From an uncultured Syntrophobacteraceae bacterium (GTDB taxonomy: Bacteria; Desulfobacterota; Syntrophobacteria; Syntrophobacterales; Syntrophobacteraceae): DNA of 64,000 nt. Shown one piece after another: positions 18,513 through 28,368 of this stretch. The notes under the pieces were generated by a model. It made no database searches. It was not told the DNA's origin and was given only the letters and a program-made list of their open reading frames with translations. Every line of letters begins with the position of its first letter. Position 1 is the stretch's first letter. Location: the NCBI GenBank assembly GCA_964407285.1, contig CAYOVG010000003.1, positions 40 to 64,039 on the forward strand. The letters run 5' to 3'. The position numbers and the translations under genes are program-made.

Positions 18513-19919
18513 ATGGACTGGACAGTTGCCGAAATGGTTGAGGCCGTAGCGGGCCGCCTGCTATCCGGGGATGAAAGGGCGACCGTTGCAAGGATTGCGA
18601 CGGACACCCGGACGATAGGGGCGGGTGATGCTTTTGTAGCCCTTCTGGGGGAGCGCGACGGGCATGACTTCATACCCGATGCCTTGGCGAAGGGTGCGAA
18701 GGCGCTCGTAGTGCGGGAGGACCATCCGCTTCCCCCCATACCGCCGGAGATAGGGGTTGTTGCGGTTGCGGACACGCTCTACGCCCTGGGAGAACTGGCG
18801 CGGCGCAGACGGTCGAAGTTCTCCATACCGGTTGTCGGCATAACGGGCAGCAACGGCAAGACCAGCACCAAGGAGATGGTGGCGGCGATCCTGGGGCAGA
18901 ATGCGAAGGTCCTCAAGAACCACGGCAATTTCAACAACCTGATCGGGGCGCCGCTGACCCTCCTGTCCCTCGAACCCGCTCACCGGGTCGCCGTGGTCGA
19001 GATGGGGATAAACGTTCCCGGTGAGATGGCGCGCCTGGCCGAGATATGCCGGCCCGGCATCGCGCTGATCACGAACATCCATACAGCGCACCTGGAAGGG
19101 CTGCGGAGCGTCGAGCGCGTCCTGGAGGAGAAGGGTAAGCTGTGGGAGTCCCTGCGTCCGGAGGATACGGCGGTGGTGAACGTGGACGACGAGCATCTCG
19201 CAAGATTCGCAGGAAGGATCGCGGCCCGGAAGATCACCTGCTCTTTGAGCGATACCGCGGCAGACGTGCATGTGGCGGGAAATGTGCATACCGAGGATCT
19301 GGAAAGCGTATTCGATCTTGTTATGGCCGGTGAGGCGCACTCCGTCCGGCTGCCGGTCCTGGGCATCCACCAGGTGCGAAATGCGGTGGCCGCCGCCGCG
19401 GTCGCCTGCGCGCTGGGAGTATCTCCCGAAGCCGTCGTTCGTGGACTGGCCCTGCACCGTCCGGTCAACCAGCGCATGCAGGTGCATCGCCTGGCGGACG
19501 GAATGGTCCTGGTTGATGATACCTACAATGCCAATCCGGCTTCCATGCTGGCCGCCGTCAAGGCGGTCGCGTCCGCGCGGGGTGCGAGCCCGTTCGTGGC
19601 GGTGCTGGGAGAGATGCGGGAACTCGGGGCCGGGAGCGCCGCGCTGCATCGGCAACTGGGAGAGCGGATAGGCGAGACCGGCGTGGATATGCTGATCACG
19701 CTGGGAGATCTGGCCGCGGAGATTGCGGAAGGAGCGAAGAGGTCCGGAATACCCGCGGACGCCTGCTGTCACGCCCGGAGCCACGAGGATGCGGTTTCGC
19801 TGCTGACCGGCCCCGGACTGCGCAGTCGCGGGCTGGGGGGCGCCTGGGTCCTGGTGAAAGGGTCCAGGGGGATGGCCATGGAGCGTATTGTGAAGGGTTT
19901 AATGAATGGAACCGTCTGA
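18513..19919 (+). CDS. murF: UDP-N-acetylmuramoyl-tripeptide--D-alanyl-D-alanine ligase
   Basis: Motifs: GITGSNGKTSTKEM, VVEMGINVPGEM, DDTYNANPASM and LVKGSRGMAME. Confidence 0.9.
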   Translation: MDWTVAEMVEAVAGRLLSGDERATVARIATDTRTIGAGDAFVALLGERDGHDFIPDALAKGAKALVVREDHPLPPIPPEIGVVAVADTLYALGELARRRRSKFSIPVVGITGSNGKTSTKEMVAAILGQNAKVLKNHGNFNNLIGAPLTLLSLEPAHRVAVVEMGINVPGEMARLAEICRPGIALITNIHTAHLEGLRSVERVLEEKGKLWESLRPEDTAVVNVDDEHLARFAGRIAARKITCSLSDTAADVHVAGNVHTEDLESVFDLVMAGEAHSVRLPVLGIHQVRNAVAAAAVACALGVSPEAVVRGLALHRPVNQRMQVHRLADGMVLVDDTYNANPASMLAAVKAVASARGASPFVAVLGEMRELGAGSAALHRQLGERIGETGVDMLITLGDLAAEIAEGAKRSGIPADACCHARSHEDAVSLLTGPGLRSRGLGGAWVLVKGSRGMAMERIVKGLMNGTV

Positions 19920-21282
19920 TATAGCCTGCACATCACCCGGGAAAGTCCTCGTAGTGGGGCTGGGGATATCCGGATTGTCCGCATGCGAACTGCTGTTGCG
20001 CCTTGGCGCGCAAGTCGTCGTCACGGATATGAAGCCGAGGGAGAATTTCGGCCCGGAAGTGAAATCCCTGGAGGAGCGGGGGTGCGTGCTTCGCCTCGGC
20101 GAGCATCGTGTGGAGGATTTCCTGACCGCGGACCTGATCATTGTGAGTCCCGGCGTGCCGCTGGATCTGGGACCTTTGCGGGAGGCCGCCCGCAGGGGCG
20201 TAGAGGTCATCGGCGAGTTCGACTGGGCCTGTTCCCGGGTAAGCGTTCCCGTCATCGCGGTCACCGGCACCAACGGCAAGACGACGACCACATCGCTCAT
20301 CGGGGAGATATTGAAAAACGCCGGAAGGCGGGTTTTCGTGGGGGGCAATATCGGGACCCCGCTGAGCGCCCGGTTGATGCAGGATGCGCGAGACGACATC
20401 CTGGTGCTGGAAGTGAGCAGCTTCCAGTTGGACACCGCCCATCGCTTCCGCCCGGAAGTGGGGGTCCTTTTGAACATTACCGAGGACCACCTGGACCGTT
20501 ACGAAAATTTCGCGGCATATGCCGATTCGAAGTTCTCGTTGTTTTCCCGCCAGGATTCGTCGCACGTCGCCGTAGTGAACGGCGATGACCCGCTTTGTGC
20601 GGAGAGGGTCGGCCGGCTGCCGTCCCGGACCCTGGTATTCGGCGGAAGGCATGGAAACGCGGATGCGTCCGTGCGGGATGGGCGGATTGCGGTAACGATA
20701 CCCGGTGAAACCGCTTTCGAGCTGGATCTCGGACGCACTCCGCTACGGGGGGTGCACAACGAGGAAAACATCATGGCGGCGGCCCTTGCCGTGTCCGCTG
20801 TGGGGGTTCCTCCGTCCGTCATCCAGGAAACGATAGACGGCTACAAGGGCCTTTCGCATCGCATGGAGTGGGTCCGCAGTTGGAACGGGATCGACTTCTA
20901 CGACGATTCGAAGGCCACCAACGTCGGAGCGGTGCTGAAGGCGCTGGAAAATTTCGAGCGTTCCGTGCTTCTGCTCCTCGGGGGGCGCGACAAGCTCGGG
21001 TCCTACGACCCGCTGATAAAACCGTTGAAGGACAAAGGAAAGGGCGTGTTCGTATTCGGAGAGGCTGCGCCGCGGATCAACCGCGAACTGGAGGGGAAGG
21101 TCCCCGTCCGGTCCTTTGCCGGCCTGGAGGATGCGTTCCGGGAAGCCGTCGCGGCCGCCCGGTCCGGTGATGTCGTGTTGCTCTCTCCCGCCTGCTCGTC
21201 GTTCGATCAGTACGAAAGCTACGCCAGGCGCGGCGACCACTTCAAGAGTCTCGTCGCGCAGCTCTCGGAGGAGGCCCGCTGA
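19906..21282 (+). CDS. murD: UDP-N-acetylmuramoylalanine--D-glutamate ligase
   Basis: Motifs: VVGLGISGLS Rossmann start, AVTGTNGKTTTTSLIG, LEVSSFQLD and DDSKATNV. It overlaps the murF stop by 14 nt. Confidence 0.9.
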   Translation: MEPSDIACTSPGKVLVVGLGISGLSACELLLRLGAQVVVTDMKPRENFGPEVKSLEERGCVLRLGEHRVEDFLTADLIIVSPGVPLDLGPLREAARRGVEVIGEFDWACSRVSVPVIAVTGTNGKTTTTSLIGEILKNAGRRVFVGGNIGTPLSARLMQDARDDILVLEVSSFQLDTAHRFRPEVGVLLNITEDHLDRYENFAAYADSKFSLFSRQDSSHVAVVNGDDPLCAERVGRLPSRTLVFGGRHGNADASVRDGRIAVTIPGETAFELDLGRTPLRGVHNEENIMAAALAVSAVGVPPSVIQETIDGYKGLSHRMEWVRSWNGIDFYDDSKATNVGAVLKALENFERSVLLLLGGRDKLGSYDPLIKPLKDKGKGVFVFGEAAPRINRELEGKVPVRSFAGLEDAFREAVAAARSGDVVLLSPACSSFDQYESYARRGDHFKSLVAQLSEEAR

Positions 21283-22445
21283 TGGGAAGCTTCGTGGGAA
21301 TGCCGTCCACCGCGCCCGATGCGCCCGCCAATGAAGAGCGCGGCGCGCCCGCGAGGACCGTCTCTCTGCAGGCTCAGCTCATCATCGTCGTTACGCTGCT
21401 CATCGTGATCGGCGTGGTCATGATCTACAGCGCCAGTTCCGTCATGGCCATCAAGAAGCACGGCGACGCCTTCTATTATGTGAAGCGGCAGTTGCTTTGC
21501 GTCGGCCTCGGGACGGGGGCGATGCTCTTCGGCAGCTTCTACCCTTACAGCAGGTACAAGGAGCTGGCCCCGGCGCTTCTCATTTTAGTCTATATCAGCC
21601 TTATACTTGTGCTCATTCCCGCCATCGGAAAGGAAATCAACGGCGCCCGCCGCTGGTTCCGGCTGGGGCCTTTTTCTCTTCAACCCGCGGAATACGCCAA
21701 ACTCGTATGGATCATGTATCTGAGCGGTTTTCTGGTCCGGAAGCAGGAACGGCTCAAGAAATTCAGTGCTGGACTTTTGCCGCCGATTGTTCTATGTGGA
21801 GTATTCGGTGTATTGTTATTACTCGAACCTGATTTTGGAACTTCCTTTGTTATAGGTTTATTAACGGCGTGTATGCTGGCGGTGGGCGGAGTCCCGTGGC
21901 ATCATTTGTTTTCCCTGGCGCCGCTCGGGCTGTTGGTGTGCTACCGCTTTGTATACCATGTGGAATACCGGTGGGAGCGGGTTACGGCGTTCCTCAACCC
22001 CTGGAACGATCCTCGGGATTCGGGGTATCAGCTCATTCAGTCCTGGATCGCCATAGGTGCGGGGGGGCTTTTCGGAAAAGGGCTGGGAGCGGGGCAGCAG
22101 AAACTTTTTTATCTCCCCGAACCTTACACGGATTTCATTATGGCCGTAGTGGGGGAGGAGACCGGCTTTGCGGGCATCTGCATCGTGTCGGCGCTCTTCT
22201 GCATGGTGGCGTGGATCGGGATAAGCATCGCTCAACAGGCGAAGGACCATTATGGCGGGTTGCTCGCGTTCGGACTGACCATGATGATCGCTTTGCAGGC
22301 CATAATCAACCTGGCCGTCGTATTGGGGCTGTTTCCCACCAAGGGCCTTCCGTTGCCCTTCATTTCTTACGGAGGAAGCGCGTTTATCGCCAACTGCCTT
22401 GCTGTGGGAATCCTTATAAACATTGCTCGCAAGTGCGTGAAGTGA
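21282..22445 (+). CDS. ftsW: Lipid II flippase / SEDS glycosyltransferase FtsW
   Basis: Multi-TM SEDS protein with the motifs IYSASS, RWFRLGPFSLQPAEYAKL, LEPDFGT, PEPYTDFIMA and PFISYGGSA. Its start overlaps the murD stop by 1 nt. Confidence 0.9.
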   Translation: MGSFVGMPSTAPDAPANEERGAPARTVSLQAQLIIVVTLLIVIGVVMIYSASSVMAIKKHGDAFYYVKRQLLCVGLGTGAMLFGSFYPYSRYKELAPALLILVYISLILVLIPAIGKEINGARRWFRLGPFSLQPAEYAKLVWIMYLSGFLVRKQERLKKFSAGLLPPIVLCGVFGVLLLLEPDFGTSFVIGLLTACMLAVGGVPWHHLFSLAPLGLLVCYRFVYHVEYRWERVTAFLNPWNDPRDSGYQLIQSWIAIGAGGLFGKGLGAGQQKLFYLPEPYTDFIMAVVGEETGFAGICIVSALFCMVAWIGISIAQQAKDHYGGLLAFGLTMMIALQAIINLAVVLGLFPTKGLPLPFISYGGSAFIANCLAVGILINIARKCVK

Positions 22446-22455
22446 GCCGAAGAGT

Positions 22456-23838
22456 ATGTACAAGCGTTATCAGCACATCCATTTCGTAGGGATCGGGGGA
22501 ATCGGCATGAGCGGCATCGCCGAACTCCTTTTGAACCTCGGGTACCGCGTAAGTGGTTCCGACATGAGGGAGACGGAAACCACGCAGCGGCTGGCCCGGC
22601 TGGGTGCCCGGATATTTATCGGGCATCATGGCGACCACGTGCAGGGAGCGGATGTGGTGGTCCTTTCTTCGGCCATATCCGAGGACAATCCCGAGGCGGT
22701 GGCTGCTCGCGCCGGAGCAGGCAAGGCGCCGGTGATCCGGCGGGCGGAGATGCTTGCGGAGTTGATGCGCCTCAAGTATTCCGTCCTGGTGGCGGGGGCC
22801 CATGGAAAGACGACGACCACCTCCATGGTCGCAACGGTGCTGGCCCGCGGAGGGCTCGATCCCACGGTGGCCATCGGAGGCAAGCTCAACGCCTGGGGCA
22901 CCAACGCCAAGATGGGCCGTGGGGACTTCATGGTTGCGGAAGCCGACGAGAGCGACGGCACGTTTCTCCTGCTCTCCCCCACCATCGCGGTGGTCACCAA
23001 TATAGATCTGGAGCACCTCGACTTCTACAGGGACATGGAGCATATCCAGCAGACCTTCCTGCAGTTCATCAACAAGATACCATTCTACGGGCAGGCCATC
23101 CTTTGTCTCGAAGACGAAAATATCCAGTCGATCCTCCCCAAGGTCGGAAAGAGGTTCACCACGTACGGGTTTTCGTCCCAGGCGGACTTTCAGGCGCGCG
23201 ATGTCAGGGCGGACGGCTTTCATTCCATCTACCGCGCATGGTGCCGCGGAGAGGAACTCGGAGAGATCGAGGTTACGCTTCCGGGACGGCACAACGTACT
23301 CAATTCGCTCGCGGCCGTGGCCGTGGCGCGGGAGCTGGAGGTGGACTGGCCGTCGATTCGGGCGGGACTCAGGGATATGACCGGCGTGCAGCGCCGCTTC
23401 CAGGTCAAGGGCGAGGCGGGCGGCGTGCTGGTGCTGGACGACTACGGACATCACCCTACGGAGATCCGGGCGGTGCTGGAGACCTTTGCGGCGTGTTTTC
23501 CCAACCGCCGCCGCATCGTTGCGTTTCAGCCGCATCGGTATTCGCGGACCAAAGGGCTCATGGACCAGTTCGCACGCTGTTTCTATCAGTCGGACGCGCT
23601 TTTCATGACGGAGATCTATGCGGCCGGCGAGAAGCCGCTTTCGGGCATATCGGGCAAGGCCCTGGCGGACCGGATTACGGCTCACGGACACCGCGACCTG
23701 CGCTACTGTCCGACCCTCGATGAAATGCTCGAAGAGATGCTTGCCTTCGTCGCGCCGGGCGATGTGGTGTTGACGCTCGGAGCGGGCAGTATCTGGCAGA
23801 CGGGAGAAGCGCTTCTCCGAAGGCTGGAGGAGCGATGA
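22456..23838 (+). CDS. murC: UDP-N-acetylmuramate--L-alanine ligase
   Basis: Motifs: HFVGIGGIGMSGIAE, VAGAHGKTTTTSM, AEADESDG, DDYGHHPTE and QPHRYSRT. Confidence 0.9.
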   Translation: MYKRYQHIHFVGIGGIGMSGIAELLLNLGYRVSGSDMRETETTQRLARLGARIFIGHHGDHVQGADVVVLSSAISEDNPEAVAARAGAGKAPVIRRAEMLAELMRLKYSVLVAGAHGKTTTTSMVATVLARGGLDPTVAIGGKLNAWGTNAKMGRGDFMVAEADESDGTFLLLSPTIAVVTNIDLEHLDFYRDMEHIQQTFLQFINKIPFYGQAILCLEDENIQSILPKVGKRFTTYGFSSQADFQARDVRADGFHSIYRAWCRGEELGEIEVTLPGRHNVLNSLAAVAVARELEVDWPSIRAGLRDMTGVQRRFQVKGEAGGVLVLDDYGHHPTEIRAVLETFAACFPNRRRIVAFQPHRYSRTKGLMDQFARCFYQSDALFMTEIYAAGEKPLSGISGKALADRITAHGHRDLRYCPTLDEMLEEMLAFVAPGDVVLTLGAGSIWQTGEALLRRLEER

Positions 23839-24839
23839 TGAATAGCGAAGCGAAAGCCGGACGCCGCGTTTTTTCCATGCCTGACTGGGCGGATGTCGTT
23901 GCCGGTTCGGCGGATATTGACTGCAAGTGGTCGGAGTCTTTGTCGCGCCATACTTCTTTCCGGGTGGGAGGGCCGGTTTCCTGCATGGCCCGGCCCCGGA
24001 CGGAAGCGGCCTTTGCCTCCCTGGTGCGGCTGGCCATGAGGGAGCGGATTCCGTACGTGTTGCTGGGCGGCGGGAGCAACGTGCTGGCGCCCGATGACGC
24101 CTGGGATGTGCTGGTGGTGCAGCCTCACCTGGCTTGTGGAGAGATTCGCAGGTTCGGAGGCCGGGGAACGTGCCTGTATGTGGGGGCGGGCGTGAAGCTC
24201 GCAACGTGGCTTTCCTTCTGTCTGCGGCGCGGGTTGGGCGGCGCGGAGTGCCTGGCGGGAATTCCGGGCACGGTCGGAGGGGCGCTCTTCATGAATGCAG
24301 GCACGCCGGATGGTTGCATCGCGGATATCCTTGTGTGGGTGGATGTACTGGACGCTCGCGGGAGAAGATGCCGGATGGACATGTCCCAGTTGGCGCCCGG
24401 CTACAGGACGATGGGACTTTCGGATGACTGGGTCATCCTGGGGGGATGTTTTCAGATGCGTCCGGCGTCCGTGGAGTTTCTGAGAGCGCAGATGCGTGAG
24501 ACCATGCTCCGGCGCAAACACGTTCAGCCCCTGGGGGCGCCGTCGGCGGGGAGCGTGTTCAAAAACCCGCCCGGTGAGTATGCGGGGGCGCTGATAGACA
24601 GGCTCGACCTCAAGGGGTTTCGTATTGGGGATGCCGGGGTTTCGGAGAAACACGCCAACTGGATCGTGAATTTGGGACATGCGAGGGCGAGGGACATCCT
24701 TGCCGTGATGGGACATATAGAGAAACAGGTTTGGGAAGGCTTCGGCATTCGCCTGGAGCGCGAAATCAGGGTGCTGGGCAGTGAAAGCGAAAGAGAACCG
24801 CTATCGACACACGCGCAAGAGCTTCAAGCCCGGGTTTAA
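23835..24839 (+). CDS. murB: UDP-N-acetylenolpyruvoylglucosamine reductase
   Basis: Motifs: TSFRVGGP, LLGGGSNVL, GIPGTVGGALFMNAG, SAGSVFKNP and SEKHANWIVN. ATGA overlap with murC. Confidence 0.9.
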   Translation: MMNSEAKAGRRVFSMPDWADVVAGSADIDCKWSESLSRHTSFRVGGPVSCMARPRTEAAFASLVRLAMRERIPYVLLGGGSNVLAPDDAWDVLVVQPHLACGEIRRFGGRGTCLYVGAGVKLATWLSFCLRRGLGGAECLAGIPGTVGGALFMNAGTPDGCIADILVWVDVLDARGRRCRMDMSQLAPGYRTMGLSDDWVILGGCFQMRPASVEFLRAQMRETMLRRKHVQPLGAPSAGSVFKNPPGEYAGALIDRLDLKGFRIGDAGVSEKHANWIVNLGHARARDILAVMGHIEKQVWEGFGIRLEREIRVLGSESEREPLSTHAQELQARV

Positions 24840-25644
24840 GCTCCGCGGTTTGAAGCTGAAGCTGAGCATCCCGTGGCGGGGACTCAAGGCGACGGCCGCC
24901 TTTGTGGCCGCAATAGCCCTGGTGCTGGGGCTCAGCGCCGCGCTGGCCCACTCTTACTACGCCTTGGAAGACGCCCCGTGGCCGAGGGTGGAATCGATCG
25001 AGATAAAGGGGCTCAAGCGTGTGGACCGGCGCGAGGTGCTGAACGCCCTGGGGATTGCCAGGAACGCCAACGTCTTGACCCTTCGAATATCGCAACTGGC
25101 AGGGCGGGTGGAAGCCCTTTCTTGGGTGCGTTCGGCGGTGGTGAGGCTCGATTTCCCGTCGCGGATGATCGTTGAGGTTGTCGAGCGGGAACCGCTGGCC
25201 ATTGTGTACACGGATGCTTTCTACCTCATGGACGGCGAGGGGAAGCTCTTCCTGAAGGTCAATCCGGAGAGCCATGCGGGTTTGCTGCTGGTTACCGGGG
25301 TTGCGCGGCAGGAAATCCGGGAGGGGGGCGTTCTTTCGGAAGAACCTCTGGAGGCCGTGAAGGCGTTGCTCCTGGCCCTGGAGAAGTGCCAGAGCTGGTT
25401 GCCGTTGAGTCTTATTTCGCAGTGTCACTGGCAGAGGGAGGTCGGAGTCGTTCTCTATCCGAGCAGCAAGGTGATTCCCATTCAACTCGGAAAGAACGAT
25501 TTCGAACTGAAGCTGAGCCGGTTGCATAAGGTGATAGATGCTCTGATGAATCGCCAGTGGTGGGACCTGGTGACGCGCATCGATCTCGATTACAAGAGCA
25601 GAGCGTACATAAAGGGGAACTTCCCGATTCCCAAGGGGATATGA
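24781..25644 (+). CDS. ftsQ: Cell division protein FtsQ (POTRA domain)
   Basis: Bitopic protein: TM segment AAFVAAIALVLGLSAALA, then a POTRA-like IEIKGLKRVDRREVLNALGI ... VVERE. GTG start; the 59-nt overlap with murB suggests the true start may be later. Confidence 0.8.
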   Translation: MKAKENRYRHTRKSFKPGFKLRGLKLKLSIPWRGLKATAAFVAAIALVLGLSAALAHSYYALEDAPWPRVESIEIKGLKRVDRREVLNALGIARNANVLTLRISQLAGRVEALSWVRSAVVRLDFPSRMIVEVVEREPLAIVYTDAFYLMDGEGKLFLKVNPESHAGLLLVTGVARQEIREGGVLSEEPLEAVKALLLALEKCQSWLPLSLISQCHWQREVGVVLYPSSKVIPIQLGKNDFELKLSRLHKVIDALMNRQWWDLVTRIDLDYKSRAYIKGNFPIPKGI

Positions 25645-25702
25645 ATTTCGAGGTCTCATTCGACATCATTCAAGGAGGCGAGGGGGGCCAAGAGGGGGCG
25701 CG

Positions 25703-26938
25703 ATGGGAAGGCGAGAGGAACTGATTGTTGGGCTGGACCTGGGAACCACGAAGATTTGTGCGGTCGTGGGAGAAGTGACCCCGGAGGGGATCGATATCGT
25801 GGGGGTCGGTACCTACCCGTCCGTGGGCATGAGGGGCGGGGTGGTGGTCAATATAGACCAGACGGTCAATTCGATCCGAAAGGCCGTGGAAGAGGCCGAA
25901 CTCATGGCCGGATGCGAGATATCCTCGGTGTACGCCGGGATCGCCGGGACTCATATCCAGAGTTCCAACAGCCATGGGGTAATCGCCGTCAAAAGCCGCG
26001 AGGTGGGACAGCCCGACGTGGAGCGGGTGCTCGAGGCGGCGAAGGCGATTGCGCTGCCGGTGGACAGGCAGATCATTCATGCTCTCCCTCAGCAATACAT
26101 TGTGGATGATCAGGAACGGATTCAGGACCCTCTGGGGATGTCCGGAGTGCGGCTCGAAGCGAAGGTGCACATCGTCACGGGGGCCAGTTCCGCGGTTCAA
26201 AACATTCTGCGGTGTTGCGAGAAGGGCGGGTTGCACGTCCAGGAGGTGGTCCTGGAGTCGCTGGCTTCCGCGGAGTCGGTCCTCGACAGGGATGAAAAGC
26301 AGTTGGGGATAGCCCTGGTGGACATGGGGGGAGGCACGACGGACATAGCGGTTTTCATCGACAATGCAATCCGGGCCTCCTCCGTGGTGGGGCTGGGGGG
26401 AGCCCACATCACGTCGGATATTTCGGTAGGGCTGCGCACCTCGATGGAGGAAGCGGAGAAGATCAAAAAGAAGTACGGCTGCGCTCTCGTGGAGAAGACC
26501 AACCCGCAGGAAGTGATCGAAGTGGGTTCGGTCGGAGGGCAGAAGCCGCGTCAACTTGCACATTCGATTCTGGCGGAGATTATTGAAGCCCGTATGGAGG
26601 AGATGCTCAAAATCATCGAATGGGAGCTGGTCAGATCCGGATACATCGACTCGCTCCATGCGGGGGTCGTGCTCACCGGCGGGGTTTCTCTCCTCCCGGG
26701 GGTCAGGGAACTGGCGGAGAGCATATTCGATCTCCCGGTCAGAATCGGTTTTCCATATCATTTCGGCGGGCTCGGGGATGTAGTGAAAAATCCCATCTAT
26801 GCAACGGCGACGGGCCTGGTGTTGTACGGCAGGAAACACTCCCAGCAGGGCGCTACAATGGCTGTAGAGAGCCACGGCGGAGGAGGAATGAGGAACTTCG
26901 TGGAGACTATCAGACGCTGGTTCGGTGAGCTTTGGTAG
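25703..26938 (+). CDS. ftsA: Cell division protein FtsA
   Basis: Actin-fold motifs: VGLDLGTTKICAVVGE, VDMGGGTTDIAVF and VLTGGVSLLPG. Confidence 0.92.
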   Translation: MGRREELIVGLDLGTTKICAVVGEVTPEGIDIVGVGTYPSVGMRGGVVVNIDQTVNSIRKAVEEAELMAGCEISSVYAGIAGTHIQSSNSHGVIAVKSREVGQPDVERVLEAAKAIALPVDRQIIHALPQQYIVDDQERIQDPLGMSGVRLEAKVHIVTGASSAVQNILRCCEKGGLHVQEVVLESLASAESVLDRDEKQLGIALVDMGGGTTDIAVFIDNAIRASSVVGLGGAHITSDISVGLRTSMEEAEKIKKKYGCALVEKTNPQEVIEVGSVGGQKPRQLAHSILAEIIEARMEEMLKIIEWELVRSGYIDSLHAGVVLTGGVSLLPGVRELAESIFDLPVRIGFPYHFGGLGDVVKNPIYATATGLVLYGRKHSQQGATMAVESHGGGGMRNFVETIRRWFGELW

Positions 26939-27019
26939 TTAAGGCGCTCGACCAGTTTCAGTTTTGGAATGCTCTTGGCAGTATGGGATCATCTCTTGAG
27001 AGAGAAGAGGGGCGGAAAA

Positions 27020-28249
27020 ATGTTGAAAGCGGAACCGGGTGGGGCAAAAATCAAGGTATTGGGAATTGGTGGCGGGGGCGGCAATGCCATCAACAACATG
27101 ATCAGCAGTGGGTTGGATGGTGTTGAGTTCATCGCGGCCAATACGGATTTCCAGGCGCTGGATCAGAACCTGGCTCCCATCAAGATCCAGTTGGGCGTCA
27201 ATCTGACCCGTGGGTTGGGGGCCGGGGGCAACCCGGAGATGGGTTCGAAGGCCACCCAGGAGAACATCGACAGCGTTCGTGAAGTGGTGGAAGGAAGCGA
27301 CCTGGTCTTCATCGCGACGGGCCTGGGCGGCGGAACGGGCACGGGCGGCGCGCCGATTGCGGCGCAGGTGTGCAAGGAGGTCGGGGCGCTCACGGTAGCG
27401 GTGGTGACCAAGCCTTTCGCGTTCGAGGGGCGGGCGCGGCAGCGCCGGGCGGAGGAGGGGCTCAAGGCGCTCCAGAACGTGGTGGACACCCTTATCGCGA
27501 TCCCCAACAACCGGTTGGTGACCATGGCCGACAAGCGGGCGACGCTGCTCGAGATGCTCAAGCGGGCGGACGACGTGCTGCTCGATGCCGTGCGGGGTAT
27601 TTCGGATATCATCGTCAAGCCGGGCCTCATCAACCTCGACTTCACCGATGTGCGCTCCGCGATGAACGAACGGGGTCTGGCCCTTATGGGAACGGGAGTC
27701 GGCAAGGGCGAAGGCCGTGCGGCGCAGGCGGCGCAGCAGGCCATCTCCAGTCCGCTCCTGGAAGATATTTCCATTCACGGAGCGCGGGCGGCCCTGATCA
27801 ACATCTGTGCCGGGCACGACCTGACAATGCACGAGTTCGAGGAGGCCTCCTCGATCATTCAGAAGGAAGTGGACGAGGATGCGGAGATCTTCATCGGCAC
27901 CACCATCGACCCGCACCTGGAGGACGAACTCCGGGTCACCGTCATTGCCACGGGCATCGGCAAGATGGAAAAGCAGCCCCAGCGGTCGGAGAGCGCGGCG
28001 GTGGTTCGTCCCGGCAGGCGTTCGAGGACCGAGGCGATTGTGCCCGACGTGGTGAACGACGACTACATCCGCATCCCGACGATTTACCGCAATCGCTCCG
28101 TCAGAGGGGAGAAGGACGTAGCGGCGGGGGCCCAGGAGGAGCCTCAGCAGCCGGTGAAGAAAAGGACCTTCCTGAGCCGTATTGCCGGAATTTCCGGGGA
28201 GGACCAGGATCTGAACATCCCGACCTTCATCCGGCGCCAGGCCGATTGA
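27020..28249 (+). CDS. ftsZ: Cell division GTPase FtsZ
   Basis: Motifs: GIGGGGGNAINNM, the tubulin signature GLGGGTGTGGAP, NDRL-type (IPNNRL), and the C-terminal peptide DLNIPTFIRRQAD. Likely start is ATG 27020 (MLKAEPGGAKIKV). Confidence 0.95.
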   Translation: MLKAEPGGAKIKVLGIGGGGGNAINNMISSGLDGVEFIAANTDFQALDQNLAPIKIQLGVNLTRGLGAGGNPEMGSKATQENIDSVREVVEGSDLVFIATGLGGGTGTGGAPIAAQVCKEVGALTVAVVTKPFAFEGRARQRRAEEGLKALQNVVDTLIAIPNNRLVTMADKRATLLEMLKRADDVLLDAVRGISDIIVKPGLINLDFTDVRSAMNERGLALMGTGVGKGEGRAAQAAQQAISSPLLEDISIHGARAALINICAGHDLTMHEFEEASSIIQKEVDEDAEIFIGTTIDPHLEDELRVTVIATGIGKMEKQPQRSESAAVVRPGRRSRTEAIVPDVVNDDYIRIPTIYRNRSVRGEKDVAAGAQEEPQQPVKKRTFLSRIAGISGEDQDLNIPTFIRRQAD

Positions 28250-28368
28250 GATTGCCGGCTCGGGAGGATGTCGCCGGTTGCGGTTCGCGCAATCGGCAGG
28301 GAGACTTCACGTATGCCCCCATGACGGGGGAATTTTAGCCGGTTCGTAATTCCGGCGCGTGTCCGCGT

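Noticed and set aside
22414-24204. 596-aa minus-strand ORF across murC/murB; similar long antisense ORFs at 25670-26875, 26939-27916, 36835-38424, 40997-42247 and 61060-63087
   Set aside because: Each lies opposite a gene with unambiguous motifs (murC, ftsA, ftsZ, inositol-phosphate synthase, pstS, pckA). They are typical GC-rich shadow frames.
24781-24839. Absence of ddl between murB and ftsQ
   Set aside because: ddl is frequently encoded elsewhere in many lineages, so its absence here is not informative, unlike the simultaneous absence of mraY and murG.
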